From positions 357,740,001 to 357,804,000 of the forward strand of contig OZ024740.1 in NCBI GenBank assembly GCA_964016885.1: DNA of 64,000 bases. Reading direction: 5' to 3'. Under the pieces are notes generated by a model that saw only the letters and a list, made by a program, of their open reading frames with translations, made no database searches and was not told where the DNA came from. Shown in pieces: positions 49,546-62,165 of this stretch. The DNA comes from Eledone cirrhosa. Lineage: Eukaryota. A program made the translations under genes and the position numbers. The stretch's first letter is position 1, and every line of letters starts with the position of its first letter.

Positions 49546-50560
49546 TTTTCTTCTCTCACTTATTTTTAGTGTATGTATATTTGTGTGTGTATGCAGTAAT
49601 CATCCTAAAGCTCTCTTATTGTAATTGTGCAAAGGCATTCTTGTTTTCATTCTGAGTAAGTTTCCAGAGGAAACTTTCTAGTCAGCCTTCCTAATTTTTC
49701 TCCTGAAAATAAGATTTGGTGAATTATGGAAATTTTCTTCCACAAGCATGGATCAGTATTTTATTTCATTTTTCATTTTTACACCAGCAGCAATGACCAT
49801 TAACCCTTTTATTACCATATTTCTAATTAAAGATTATGATTTTCAAATTATTTATCTGGCATTTGGAACATAACTTAATAAAGGTTCTTATATAAAATTA
49901 TGATGGAAGCTTTTTAGATAAATATAAACTCTTGGAAATATACAGCTTTGTTATTGTAGATCCAGAGGTGGTTTTTAGACAGTTTGGTATCAAAAGGTTT
50001 AAACTTTTAGTATCAAAGACCAAACAAGGAAAATTTCTTCTCTGGTTGTGAATTTTATTTATTCATTTATTTTATACATTGATCTTTAAAATTTGTAATT
50101 AGAGCCATGATCCCTCATATTATTGCTACGAATCATAAAGAGTTTCTACATTTGAGAAACTTGTATATACTTTACCTTCTCGTATTCTAAGTTAAGTACT
50201 ACTGAAATTAAAATTGGATCAATTTTCATTTTAAATATACTTCTCCAACCTATCACTTTATCTTACTAATGACATTATCAACACATGTAGTTTGGTATTT
50301 TTAAGCTATAAAACATGTAGGTTCTTGAAACTTGCTTATCTCAGATTGCAATATTTGACTAATTGAATCAGCCAGGTTAGATAGTTGATGTTTTAGGCAA
50401 TCTACTTGTCAAGTATTTTATTGGGGCAAAGCAGTGATGACAAATTCATGCACGTTAAACATGTCCATATAATCATCATTTTACATCAGCCTTCCATGCT
50501 GGCATGGGGTGGGTAAATATTGTCACAGTTCAATACCAGATGTGTTAGAACAACCTCATC

Positions 50561-50661
<101 letters not shown>

Positions 50662-50837
50662 AGTCAAAAACCAAAGATGATACTTCAAATCATTTTATTA
50701 ACATCTACGCATGTTTCAATTTTAATGTAATCAGGTAACACTAAAACATTTTTAGGACATCAATATAAGATCTTGAGAATGCAAGTCCCAAAGAAAAACA
50801 AAAAACCATAGCCAATAAACTATAGATATTAAATATT

Positions 50838-53800
50838 TGTTCTAAATAGAACTACTGTGACAGTAATATCTGCGTACGCACCCCAATCCAGGCTGCCTGG
50901 CGCTATAAAAGACAGATTCTATGAGACACTGATGCTCACTACCTCCCAAATAACCGACAGTGACTATATAATTATTGCTGGCGACCTAAATGGTCACGTT
51001 GGACAACATTGTGATGGCTATGATGGAATCCATGGAGGCTTTGGGTTTGGTACTAGAAATGAGGAAGGCTCCAGAATCCTGGAATTCTGTGACGCAAATA
51101 ACCTAACTATCTGTAACACTAACTTCAAAAAACGAGACAATCACTTGATCACCTATAGATCAGGGGAACACGCCAGTCAGATAGATTATATCCTTACCAG
51201 AAGACGTGATAGAATGTCTGTTGTAAATACTAAATCCCTCCCCCATGAAGAATGCACCTCCCAACATAGACTCATAGTCAGGACAAGACGTACTCGACAA
51301 CAGAGGAGGACTATCCTCAGGAGAAAAATATGGAAGCTAAAGGACCCCACAGCCAGTAATAAATTTAAAAGCATATTACTTGATGCTTTCGACAGTAAGG
51401 AAGAGCAATTAGAGTCGTACAATATAGAGGAACAGTGGGAATTCCTGAAAGCTAACCTGCTTAAGGCGGCAGATGAAGTCTGTGGCTGGAGCAGGCCTAT
51501 AGGCAGGAGGAGAGCAACGTGGTGGTGGTGGAACAATAAGGTGGAGGAGTCAATTAAGGCCAAAAAGCAGGCTTGGAAAGTATGGCGGGATGGGGGAAGT
51601 AGAGAAGTAGAGTGGCCAGGAGGGAAGCTAGGAGACAAGTGTACTTCGTAAGAAGGGAAGCAGAGGAAAGAAAGTTCAAGCATGTTCTACAACGCGAGGA
51701 CCAAAAACGTGAGGTGTTCAGGATTGCTAGGCAATGTGTCAAGGAAAACCGTGATATTGTCGGGGAGAAGTGTGTCCTTAATGATGATGGTGTACTTGCC
51801 ATCACTGATGCTGATAAGAAGGTAGCTTGGAAGTGTCACTACGAAAGGCTACTAAATGAGGAGAATAAATGGGAGAAAGACAGTCTCCCCCACATCGATC
51901 CAATAGAGGGACCAGCAGTGTTAGTCGAAGGTAGTATAATAAGTAAGGCAATCAAAGATATGAAGACGGGTAAGGCGGCTGGGCCTTCGTAAATAGTTGC
52001 TGAAATGCTGAAAGCTTCTGGAACGGTGGGTCACACTATGGTCATCCAGATAGTAAAACAAGTCGTACAGAATGGGGTTATTCCGAAGGACTGGCGTAGC
52101 AGCATCATCATTAACTGCTACAAGGGTAAAGGAGATGCCCTAGATGGGGGTAACTATAGAGGCATTAAATTAATCGACCAGGTCATGAAGGTCACAGAAA
52201 AAGTAATAGCGCAACTAATCAGAGAGCGAATTGATCTAGATGAAATGCAGTTCGGGTTTGTGTCAGGTAAAAGTACCACAGACGCTCTTTTCATTGTACG
52301 ACAACTACAGGAGAAGTACCTAGCTAAAAGTAAACCCCTATACTTAGCTTTTGTCGACTTGGAGAAAGCCTTTGACAGAGTCCCCCGTTCCATTATCTGG
52401 TGGGCTCTTAGAAAACTAGGTGTTGATGAATGGCTTGTGAGAGCTATACAAGCCATGTATAAAGAAACAGTCAGCAAGGTTAGAATTAACAACGAATATA
52501 GTGAAGAGTTTAGTGTAAAAGTTAGTGTTCATCAGGGCTCCGTTCTTAGCCCCCTACTATTTATTATTGCCCTTCAGGCTATAACAGTGGAGTTCAAGAC
52601 CGGCTGCCCATGGGAACTCCTATATGCAGATGATCTAACGCACATAGCTGAATCAATGGCTAAACTAGAGAAGAAATTCCAAACATGGAAGCATGGCCTA
52701 GAATCAAAAGGCCTTAAAATTAACCTGTCTAAGACTAAAGTTCTAGTTTGTAGGAAGGAAAATAGGGCACCGGTCCCATCTGGGAAATGGCCATGCTCAG
52801 TGTGTAGGAAAGGAGTAGGCAGAAACTCCATTTTATGTCCCAAATGCAAAGTATGGGTGCATAAAAGATGTAGTGGGATCACAGGTAAGCTAACTAAGAA
52901 TATAGATTTTATATGTGGCCGGTGTTCTGGTGCAATAAGTAGCAGCAAGTGCGCACAGAATACTAGCTCATTCCATTGCACAGATGGTTCTATAGAAATA
53001 GTGGACACCTTCCGTTACTTGGGTGACAAAATCAGCAGTGGTGGAGGGTGCTCTGAAAGTACAGTAGCTAGAGTCAGAACTGGATGGAAAAAGTTCAGTG
53101 AGCTTATACCACTATTAGCCGCTAAAGGGTTCTCTCTAAAAATGAAAGGCAGGCTGTATGATGCCTGCATACGAACAGCAATGTTGCATGGCAGTGAGAC
53201 CTGGGCATTGTGTGCAGAGGATATACGCAGACTGGAGAGGAACGAAGCTTGCATGCTCCGCTGGATGTGCAAAGCATAAATGAATTAAGGGAAAAATTAG
53301 AAATAAGAAGGATCAGATGTTGTTTACTCGAGAGAAGACTACGTTGGTACGGTCACGTGATGCGCATGAAAGACGACAGCTGTATAAAAAAGTGCAGGGC
53401 AATAAAAATAGACGGTAGCCACGGAGTAGGCAGACCCAGAAAAACCTGGGACGACTTGATAAATTCTGACCTCACACACTTACACCTCTCCAAGACAATG
53501 TCACTGGACCGAGATCTTTGGCGCTACACCGTAATAGAGAAGACCCGCCTTACCTAAGTACAAAGTGAAACCTACTACAGTCAGTAGGCATCTCTAACAA
53601 AATACACCCCCCACCCCATCCACACCGCCCCTTTCAATGTAAAGTTATGTTGGTACCACAACATCCAGTCCGAAACAAATGAGGTCGTGTAGGTGTCACG
53701 ACAAAAAAACACACAGTCCACGCCGTAATGTGGCCGTGTAGGTAACACGGTAAAAACCTGGTTGGTGTTAGGAAGGGCATCCAGCCGTAGAAAACCTGCC

Positions 53801-53904
53801 AGACAGTCCTAGGCGAGCAAGACAACCACTCTTGCCTCAAGTGGGAAAACTCCCGTCCAAACCCATGCAAGCATGGAAGATGGACGTTAAACGATGATGA
53901 TGAT
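50838..53904 (+). mobile_element. RTE LINE subfamily A, ~3.1 kb (partial APE + RT + PHD + 3'UTR), intronic, sense to the kinase gene
   Basis: ORFs 50857, 51612, 52005 (424 aa), 53210 with SAYAPQ, AGDLNGHV, SQIDYIL, YADD; few lesions; (GAT)n tail. Confidence 0.95.
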
Positions 53905-54271
53905 TGGATGTGCAATGTCAATGTGCGTGAGCGACCGAGCATGGATGTATTGACAGAGACGCTGTGTTTAAGAGGGATAAGTTGTGTGCGGGAGAGAAGA
54001 CTGTAATGGTATGGACATGGAGGATGTTACGCACATGGAGGATGACCGCTGGGTGAAGAAGTGCCAGGAAATGCCAGTTGAAGGAAGACGCAATAGAGGA
54101 AGACCATGAAAAACATGGGTGGAGGTGGTGAGAGCAGATCTCAGATTGCTGAAGTTCACGGAGGAGATGACGAAGGACCGTGACAAGTGGAGAGATGCTG
54201 TGCTGAATAGGACCCGTCCCACCCTTGCAAGCAGGGAAAAGCGGACGTAAAATGATGATGATGATGATGAT
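53905..54271 (+). mobile_element. RTE LINE subfamily B 3' fragment
   Basis: Reverse-complement match to 1812-2155; (GAT)n tail. Confidence 0.9.
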
Positions 54272-55034
54272 ATACATGTAATCTATGGAAAATGTTTTCA
54301 TAAATTATTCAGTGGTTAAGTCATCATAAGGCATATACTGGTACTGTGAATAGAAGATTGGTGTATTGCATACAATGGAAAATATTAATGTTAGGAAGAA
54401 AATTTGTATAAATTAGTTCCATTTCCGTAATTCATTCATCTTTCTTTTTTTACAAGACCAATTTTGTTATTTCTAAAAGATTAGTGGATCATTGCTATCG
54501 ATAATGATGGTAATAATGTTGAACACATCATTTTTAGAGTCCAGGATTGATGGGTCATATATATAAGCGTTGCCGACTATATGGACAAGCATTTAGATTG
54601 AGAAATTTGTATTTTGATAAATTAATAGTTTGCATAAGTTATAGTTAATGTTGATTGTTAACATGTAGAAGTGATTAAAGATAAAAACACTTGCTTGAAT
54701 AGGGTTTCTTTTCTGAGGACTGGCTGTCCAGCTTTCCTGAGAGTTTCTTACCACTATTTCTAGGATATAATTACATAAGTGTTCAGCATATATGTACATA
54801 TGACTAAGAGGATTAAATATATGAATAACTTTGAAGAATATAATTATTTATAGGGACAAATGTAAGATTAGACTCCAGGACCTTGTGACTGGAAAGCGAA
54901 CTTCTTATTGTAGCGACAAAACTGAGATAGGAAATGCATTGTGTGTTGAGTGTGTAAATTTTAAGGAGTTACTGACAGATACACACGGCATATTATTGTG
55001 GTTTATTTATCAAGGCTTTCTCTTTCTCTTGTAG

Positions 55035-55154
55035 AGAATTACTGCCACTATTAATGGAGAGGAGGAAAAAAGATTACTGATGGATCTTGATGTATCAATG
55101 AAGAGTGGTTTATGTACTTACACAGTACAATCTTATGGAGCTTTGTTTAGAGAG
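55035..55154 (+). CDS. MAP2K6: MKK3/6 exon: helix C to subdomain IV
   Basis: RITATINGEEEKRLLMDLDVSMKSGLCTYTVQSYGALFRE; CTTGTAG| ... |GTAAGT; phase 0/0; absent from the ORF track. Confidence 0.95.
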
Positions 55155-55559
55155 GTAAGTGCTATTTTTAAAAAAATGTTTCACACTTTATTGTGATTTG
55201 ATTACACCTTTTCACATATTCTACATTGAAAACTTAGATTTTCTTTAAGTTTGCACATTAACATAGATTGCACATACAGAGTTGATTTCCATATATTTGC
55301 TGAAGTGCAACATATCACTGTTGTCATCACTATTGCTACCACCAATGCCACCAACATCATCATTATCATCCTCACCACCATCATCTCCACTACCATCATC
55401 ATCATCATTTTTATCGTTTTGTTGTTTATTTTTTCATATAGGATCAGCAACACAATATATCTCTATTTTCTTGAAGCTCTTTTAGATATGATGTTACCAC
55501 TTGAAAGCTTTTTTTTCATCATTCTTTACCATGATAACACTGGTATTTAAGTAAAATTA

Positions 55560-56095
55560 AACCAAGGCTATGGATTGTTTGTTAGGTTATTGACTTCTTC
55601 ACTAAACACTTGCCTACTTTCACTTTGCTGAAAACACCTCTGTATATGTCTTGCACAGCTCTCACAAGTCACTCATCTACACAGTTTTCTTAAGGATCAC
55701 CAGACAACATAACATAGTACCATGTTAAAGACCTTTTTCAGATCAACAAATATAGCAGTGTACACTTAGCTAGGCACTTCTAGTAGTTATTTCACTAACA
55801 AGTGGGTATCAGTGGTACTCCTTCCTAACACAAAATTGAACTGCATCTCATCTGATTTGATTCTTTCTCTAATTAGTTGTTCCAAGACTTTGTAGTTGCT
55901 CCTTTTTAGGGCATCACATTTGCTCTTCTATCAATTAATGATTATGCTACTATGCCCATTAGTGGATATGATCTCATCACATATTGCCTGGTTTAATATA
56001 TGAATGACTAACTCAAGCCCTACATCACTGGATGTTTTCAGCAACTCCATGATTACCTGGGATGGTCCAGCAGCTTTTCCTTGATGACTTTTTTA
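55560..56095 (-). mobile_element. Decayed RTE RT fragment
   Basis: Remnants of GKAAGPS, DEMQF, FVDLKK. Confidence 0.7.
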
Positions 56096-56662
56096 CCATA
56101 TAACTGTCAACTTTGATTGCTGGCCTCTCTGTTTAGGTCTACTTTTAGTAGTCTTTCATCCTTCTTCCACTTACTTTCTATATTAGAGTTTCTTCTAATA
56201 ATTTTTGAAACAAGCCAACATGCATGCAACTTTGCAAGACTAAGATGATGGAATAAGGAAGCACCCTTGCAGCCATCACAAGGCACCAACAATGACAAGA
56301 ACCTTGTTGTCAGTGCCCCAGTTTCCTCAAACTTCTCAAACATCACAGACTGAAATAGTTTGCTGATAATTCCTGGTATTTTAAAATTATATTCCATCAG
56401 CAACAGATGTGGTAGCCTTCACCTTCACTGCAGCTTTTAAGATAGGGGGGGAAGGAAAAAGAGAGTTGCTAACTCTTTTTCTCCTAAAGAATTGAAATAA
56501 AATGTTCTTACTCTCCCGTTAGTATATCTGCTAATTTCATCAGTCACTGTGGACATCGGTTGATGGATTTGCTCTAACAAGATGTGTTTACTATAATTGA
56601 ATTTCTGTAAATTATAACTGCAAAGAGATATTGGATTTAAATTCGTTCAAATTTTTTTCCAG

Positions 56663-56776
56663 GGTGATGTTTGGATATTAATGGAAGTAATGGATGCCTC
56701 ATTAGATAAATTTTACAAAAAGGTTTACACAGACACACATATACCAGAGGATGTTCTTACTATAATTGCTTCATCG
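56663..56776 (+). CDS. MAP2K6: MKK3/6 exon: hinge region
   Basis: GDVWILMEVMDASLDKFYKKVYTDTHIPEDVLTIIASS; TTTTCCAG| ... |GTAAGT. Confidence 0.95.
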
Positions 56777-57186
56777 GTAAGTAAGTTTTTTCCTGACTCT
56801 TCCTCTACCAAATTACCACTCTATTTCCTCCTTCACAGTCAGATCACACTCACTAATATTTCATCTCATGGTCATCACTCTCCTTCATCAAATGAAGACA
56901 ATACAGAGTAGAGAGAGGACTCTTTTAAACTAGTTGAAAATTCTGTAGCCTTTCTAGTGTTGGTGTCATAATAAAATGCACTTAGTACACATTGTAAAGT
57001 GGTTGATGTTACAAAGCACATTCAGCCATAGAAACATGAATTTGAAATATATTAGTTAGATGCTGTCCTCTGGCCTGTTTAGGATGAGAGTAACTTTGAA
57101 TAAATGACATGGAGCAAGACAAACTGTCCAGACCATGCTAGCATGGAAAGTGGACATGATTATTAATGATTCACTAATGTATATCA

Positions 57187-57510
57187 GTGAAGGTGCATGG
57201 CTTTTTGGTTAGGGTATTTGGCTTACAATAGTAAGGTTGTGAGTTTGATTCCTTGTAGCACGTTGTGTCCTTGAGCAAGACACTTTATTTCACGTTGCCC
57301 CAGTCTACTCAGCTGGTAAAAATGAGTTGTACCGGTAGTTTGAATAGCCAGCCTTGTCACATTCTGTGTTGTGCTGAATCTCCTTGAAGAACTACATTAA
57401 TTATATGTGTGTCTGGAATGCTCAGCCACTTGCACGTTAATTTATTGAGCAGGCTGTTCCGTTGATTGGACCAACTGGAACACTCATCCTCATAATTGAT
57501 GGAGTGCCTT
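57187..57510 (+). mobile_element. tRNA-derived SINE family 2 relative with a different tail
   Basis: GAAGGTGCATGGC, GAGTTTGATTCC, GTGTCCTTGAGCAAGACACTT, CAGTCTACTCAGCTG. Confidence 0.75.
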
Positions 57511-58694
57511 CCATATCAATTAACCAAGTTCTTGCAACTGGCGCAGCCAGTCTTGGGGTGCTACTCTAGACATTTCAGTGGGCTTTAGAAATGCCTGACA
57601 GTGCCCATCTTCTCTCCAAGTCTGAAGTATATAAGCATTAGCAAAAACACTGATTTTGCTGAGCTTACAAACAAAATCCCTTGAGATATTTGTTCTGTCT
57701 CTTACCTAGTAATCTAGTGAACCAATTATTAGCTTGTTGAAAATCTGTAACTAATGATGCTGGTCTAGTCTTGTTTGGTCTCTTCCTATCCTCATTGCTG
57801 AGGATTGGAGACCATGGACAGTTGCACCAATGCTTATCTATATAATGCTGTATGTCCATGATTCTCATTAGGAAGGAAGAGACATCAGAATGTCTTGAAT
57901 CCTAGTCCAACCATAATAAATGATATTTTTCTTTTTTGCATTTGGTGAACTATTGATGCTATTGTTCACCAAATACAAAAATAAAATAAATGTTTTATTG
58001 TATAATCCATGCATGTTTAATATAACCACAATATCTTACAACAGACAATCCAATGAGAGAGAAAGCCTCTATGTGCTAGAAATAGCAGCCGGATCTTCTG
58101 CATTACCCCATTAGCACATTAAAAGAGAAAGAACACATTGTGTAATGCAATGTTAGATGTTTTGGAAAAAAAAGTATAAGGTGGTCATGGCTAGAATACA
58201 TTTTATCTTAGATTTCCTCAGTCAGGGATGACCTATGAATACAGAAACAAACCACTGACAATATATTTATATCATTTAATATATTACCTACAATATGAAT
58301 TTGGTGAATTGCATACTCTAGTTAATTTTGTGAATGTAAGAGTGTTTGTGTGTGTGTAAATTGTAGCTCCTATATGAACAAAAATAGACTATTCAATGCA
58401 GAGTTTAATATATATATATGTGTTTCTGATAAATAAAATTAAAAACCACACGCATTATAGTGCGTTATTCATGCAAAGTGAATATTTAATAAGATATTTA
58501 CAAGAGGCATTAAAGCGAATTTGCATATTTCAAGTTCACATACAAAGCGAACAGACTGTATATATGATATAATCAGATAAAAATAAAATAGTAACTTCAA
58601 GTTTCAGTCATTCTTAAAGATTTAGCAGTTTTCGGATGATATATATGCAATTGTCTGGTATTTCATATCAGCCAAAAATGTTGTAAGGTGTAAG

Positions 58695-59974
58695 GTGCCT
58701 CAAGTGGGACAACTCCCGTCTAACCCATGCTAGCGTGGAAGATGGACGTTAAACGAGGATGATGATGATGATGATGATGATATATATATATATCATCATA
58801 TTCATCATCACCGTTTAACATCCATTTTTCCATACTAGCATGGGCTAGACCAGTTGTCCCGTTGTGAGAAATGCTGTCAGGTGACCATTTTTTGTTCATA
58901 CAGAAATTATTTTGGCTTGGTTTCTACAGATGGATGCCCTTCCTAACACTAATCACATTTACAGTGTGTACTGGGTGCTCTTTGTCATGACACCTACACA
59001 ACCACTTTACAGTGTGGGGTGGGTGCTTTTCTTTCATGACGGTGCCACCCAGTTCCACACTGTAAACATGGTTGATGTTAGAAAGGGATTCCAGCTGTAA
59101 AAATCCCAGCCAAAATGCAGTCCCGTTTTGAGCAAGGTGCAACATGGCCAATTGGCCAGACTTGCCTCATAATGATACCACCCAGTTCCACACTATAAAT
59201 GTGGTTGGTGTTAGGAAGGGCATCCAGCAGCTGTAAAAATCCCAGCCAACACGCAGTCCCAATATGTGCAAGTTACGGTGCGGCCATCTGGCCAGATGTG
59301 CTTTATAACAGGACCACCCAGTAACATGACCCCAGTATGAACAAGGCATGGTGCAGCCAACTGGCCATACATCTCTCATAATGGGACCACTCAGCTCTCA
59401 ATCTACAGTTCTGCTGATAGTGACTGTCAGACATAGATAAATAGAGAGACAGGCAGGCAGATAGATATACAGCTGTGTAGGTAGATAGATAGATAGATTG
59501 ATAGGTATGTAGAAAGATAGATTGATACGTAAGTAGGTAGGCATATGAACATGTATTTATTGTTCGAAGACCTGGGATGAGGTGATAAAAGCTGACCTTG
59601 CCCAATTGCACCTCTCAAAGGCGATGACACGGGACGAAGACCTCTGGTGTTATGCAGTAATACAGAAGACCCGACTTTCCACAGCTGAAGCATATAGACA
59701 ATATGCTCCCACTGCAAAGTGGCCGTCGAGGTGTCACGACAAAAAAGCACCCAGTCCACACTGTAACGTGGTTGTGTAGGCGCCACGGTAAAAAAGCCCC
59801 CAGTACTCACTGTAAATAAGGTTTGTGTTAGGAAGGGCATCCAGCTGTAGAAATAAAGCTAAAATCAGTTCCCGTATGCGCAAGACATGGTCACCCAACC
59901 TGGCATTGCCCACAACAGGACAACCCGTTTAACCCATGCTAGTGTGGAAGAATGGACGTAAAACGATGATGATG

Positions 59975-59975
<1 letters not shown>
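58695..59975. mobile_element. Cluster of RTE 3' fragments in both orientations (RTE-C end at 59565-59975, +)
   Basis: Repeated TTAGGAAGGGCATCC motifs, terminal hairpins, (GAT)n tails, KTWDEVIKADL. Confidence 0.8.
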
Positions 59976-60022
<47 letters not shown>

Positions 60023-60023
<1 letters not shown>

Positions 60024-60620
60024 ATTGGTGTTGGATGCTTAAAGCATCCGTATGTGGTAGGCCGTATGAGCAATCGATGTTCTCGTAGAGCAGAGTATGA
60101 TGTCACAGAAAAAAGAGAATCAGTGTTGCGATGAAAGGAATTTATTGGACATATTACAATTGTTTCTCGAATGACCAGCTTGAGGCACGGTCGATGTGGT
60201 GATCAAACCTGACTCTGAAATCGCATGGTCCTCGGATATGTCTTGATTCTACGAAAATCTGCTTCGTAGAATTGAGACATATCCGAGGACCGCCCGAGAG
60301 ACAATTGTAATATGTCCAATAAATTCCTTTCGTCACAACACTGATTCTCTTTTTTCTGTGATATATATATATATATATATATAAGGATGACTGCCTTGAA
60401 AACGATAAACATATCTGAGGGCCTTGCGAGTGCAGAGTCAGGTTCGATCTATAATAGATCTTGCCTTGAGCTGATCATCGGAGAAACATATGTAATATGT
60501 TCATAAATTGTGTTTTAATGCATCACTGATTCCTTGTTATCTATAATATTCTACTCTGCTCCATGTGAGCATCGAGTGCTCAAATGGCATACCGCCTACG
60601 GATGCATTTATTGCAACCTT

Positions 60621-60652
<32 letters not shown>

Positions 60653-61003
60653 TATCATAAATCATGTCTTTAGAATCATCAGATAATAAAATATATACTA
60701 TTTCTTCTTCTAATTAGCATAATTAACCATATAAAAAAATCAATCAGAACAAGCTATAAGAATAAATGCTCTTATGGGGAAATCTCCGACAAATAACCGA
60801 ACGTAGCCTCTATATATATATATAGTTGTTGTAAGGTTGCAATAAATGCATCCGTAGGCGGTATGCCATTTGAGCACTCGATGCTCACATGGAGCAGAGT
60901 AGAATATTATAGATAACAAGGAATCAGTGATGCATTAAAACACAATTTATGAACATATTACATATGTTTCTCCGATGATCAGCTCAAGGCAAGATCTATC
61001 TAT
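60023..61003. repeat. Cluster of related foldback elements in (TA)n
   Basis: Hairpin 60102-60362 (outer arms ~65 bp, inner arms ~29 bp); near-perfect inverted pair ~60453-60632 / ~60820-61000; 60400-60630 is a diverged reverse complement of 60023-60245. Confidence 0.88.
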
Positions 61004-61023
61004 AACTTTATGTATATGTTAAC

Positions 61024-61157
<134 letters not shown>

Positions 61158-61204
61158 TATAATATATATATATATATATACTATATATATATATACTATA
61201 ATAT

Positions 61205-61375
61205 ATGTAAATGTGGTTGGTGTTAGGAAGGGCATCCAACTGTAGAAAACCCGCCAGACAGTCCTATGCGAGCAAGACAACCACTCTTGCCTCAAGTGGG
61301 AAAACTCCCGTCCAAACCCATGCAAGCATGGAACACGGACGTTAAACGATGATGATGATGATGATGATGATGATA
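61205..61375 (+). mobile_element. RTE-A 3'UTR fragment following a long (TA)n tract
   Basis: Matches 53760-53904. Confidence 0.88.
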
Positions 61376-61559
61376 TATATATATATATATATACACACTA
61401 TAATACACATAGCAATCACTATTCCATTCTCCTCATCATCTTTTCATTTAACCCATAACCTTGAGTGGGTTTAAAGCCTTGTTATTTGGTGCCCTTGATT
61501 TAGTACCTAAAAAAAATACTCTCTGAGGATTATTTCTTTGTTGCTCATTATATCCTATG

Positions 61560-61765
61560 TTGTTAACTTCCTCCTTTGCTGTTCACTATACTCTCTGCCA
61601 TTCACCTCCTCACTACTGTTCACTATACTCTCTACTGTTAACTTCCTCTCTGCTGTTCACTTCCTTGCTACTGTTCACTTCCTTGCTACTGTTCACTTCC
61701 TTTCTACTGTTCACTTCCTGTTCACTATATTCTCTGTTGTTTACTATTTTATCTGCTGTTTACTT
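61560..61765. repeat. ~18-bp pyrimidine-rich minisatellite
   Basis: CTACTGTTCACTTCCTTG-like units, ending ~25 bp before the exon acceptor. Confidence 0.85.
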
Positions 61766-61789
61766 TAATACCCCACTTTTATATTGTAG

Positions 61790-61969
61790 GTGGTACGTGC
61801 ACTGCATTATCTCCATCAGCACCTCCATGTAATCCACAGAGATGTGAAACCATCAAATATTTTAGTTAACAGATTGGGTTTTGTCAAAATATGTGATTTT
61901 GGCATCAGTGGCTACTTAGTAGATTCTCTTGCTAACACCAGAGATGCTGGCTGTCGGCCATATATGGCA
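61790..61969 (+). CDS. MAP2K6: MKK3/6 exon: catalytic loop, DFG and activation loop
   Basis: [60 protein letters not shown]; TTGTAG| ... |GTAAGT. Confidence 0.97.
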
Positions 61970-62087
61970 GTAAGTAGAAATATTTCTCCTATTATCACCT
62001 GTTATTATGACTATTGCTTTTATCATGATGATCATCATCGCCTTTCTCTTTTCCCACTGGATATTCAACTTCCTTTTTTTCTTCCAG

Positions 62088-62165
62088 CCTGAAAGAATCA
62101 ATCCTTCAGTATCAGGAAAAGGTTATGATATAAGATCTGATGTTTGGAGTTTAGGAATTACTATG
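62088..62165 (+). CDS. MAP2K6: MKK3/6 exon: subdomains VIII-IX (gene continues past the window)
   Basis: [26 protein letters not shown]; CTTCCAG| ... |GTAAGC; 118-bp preceding intron. Confidence 0.95.
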
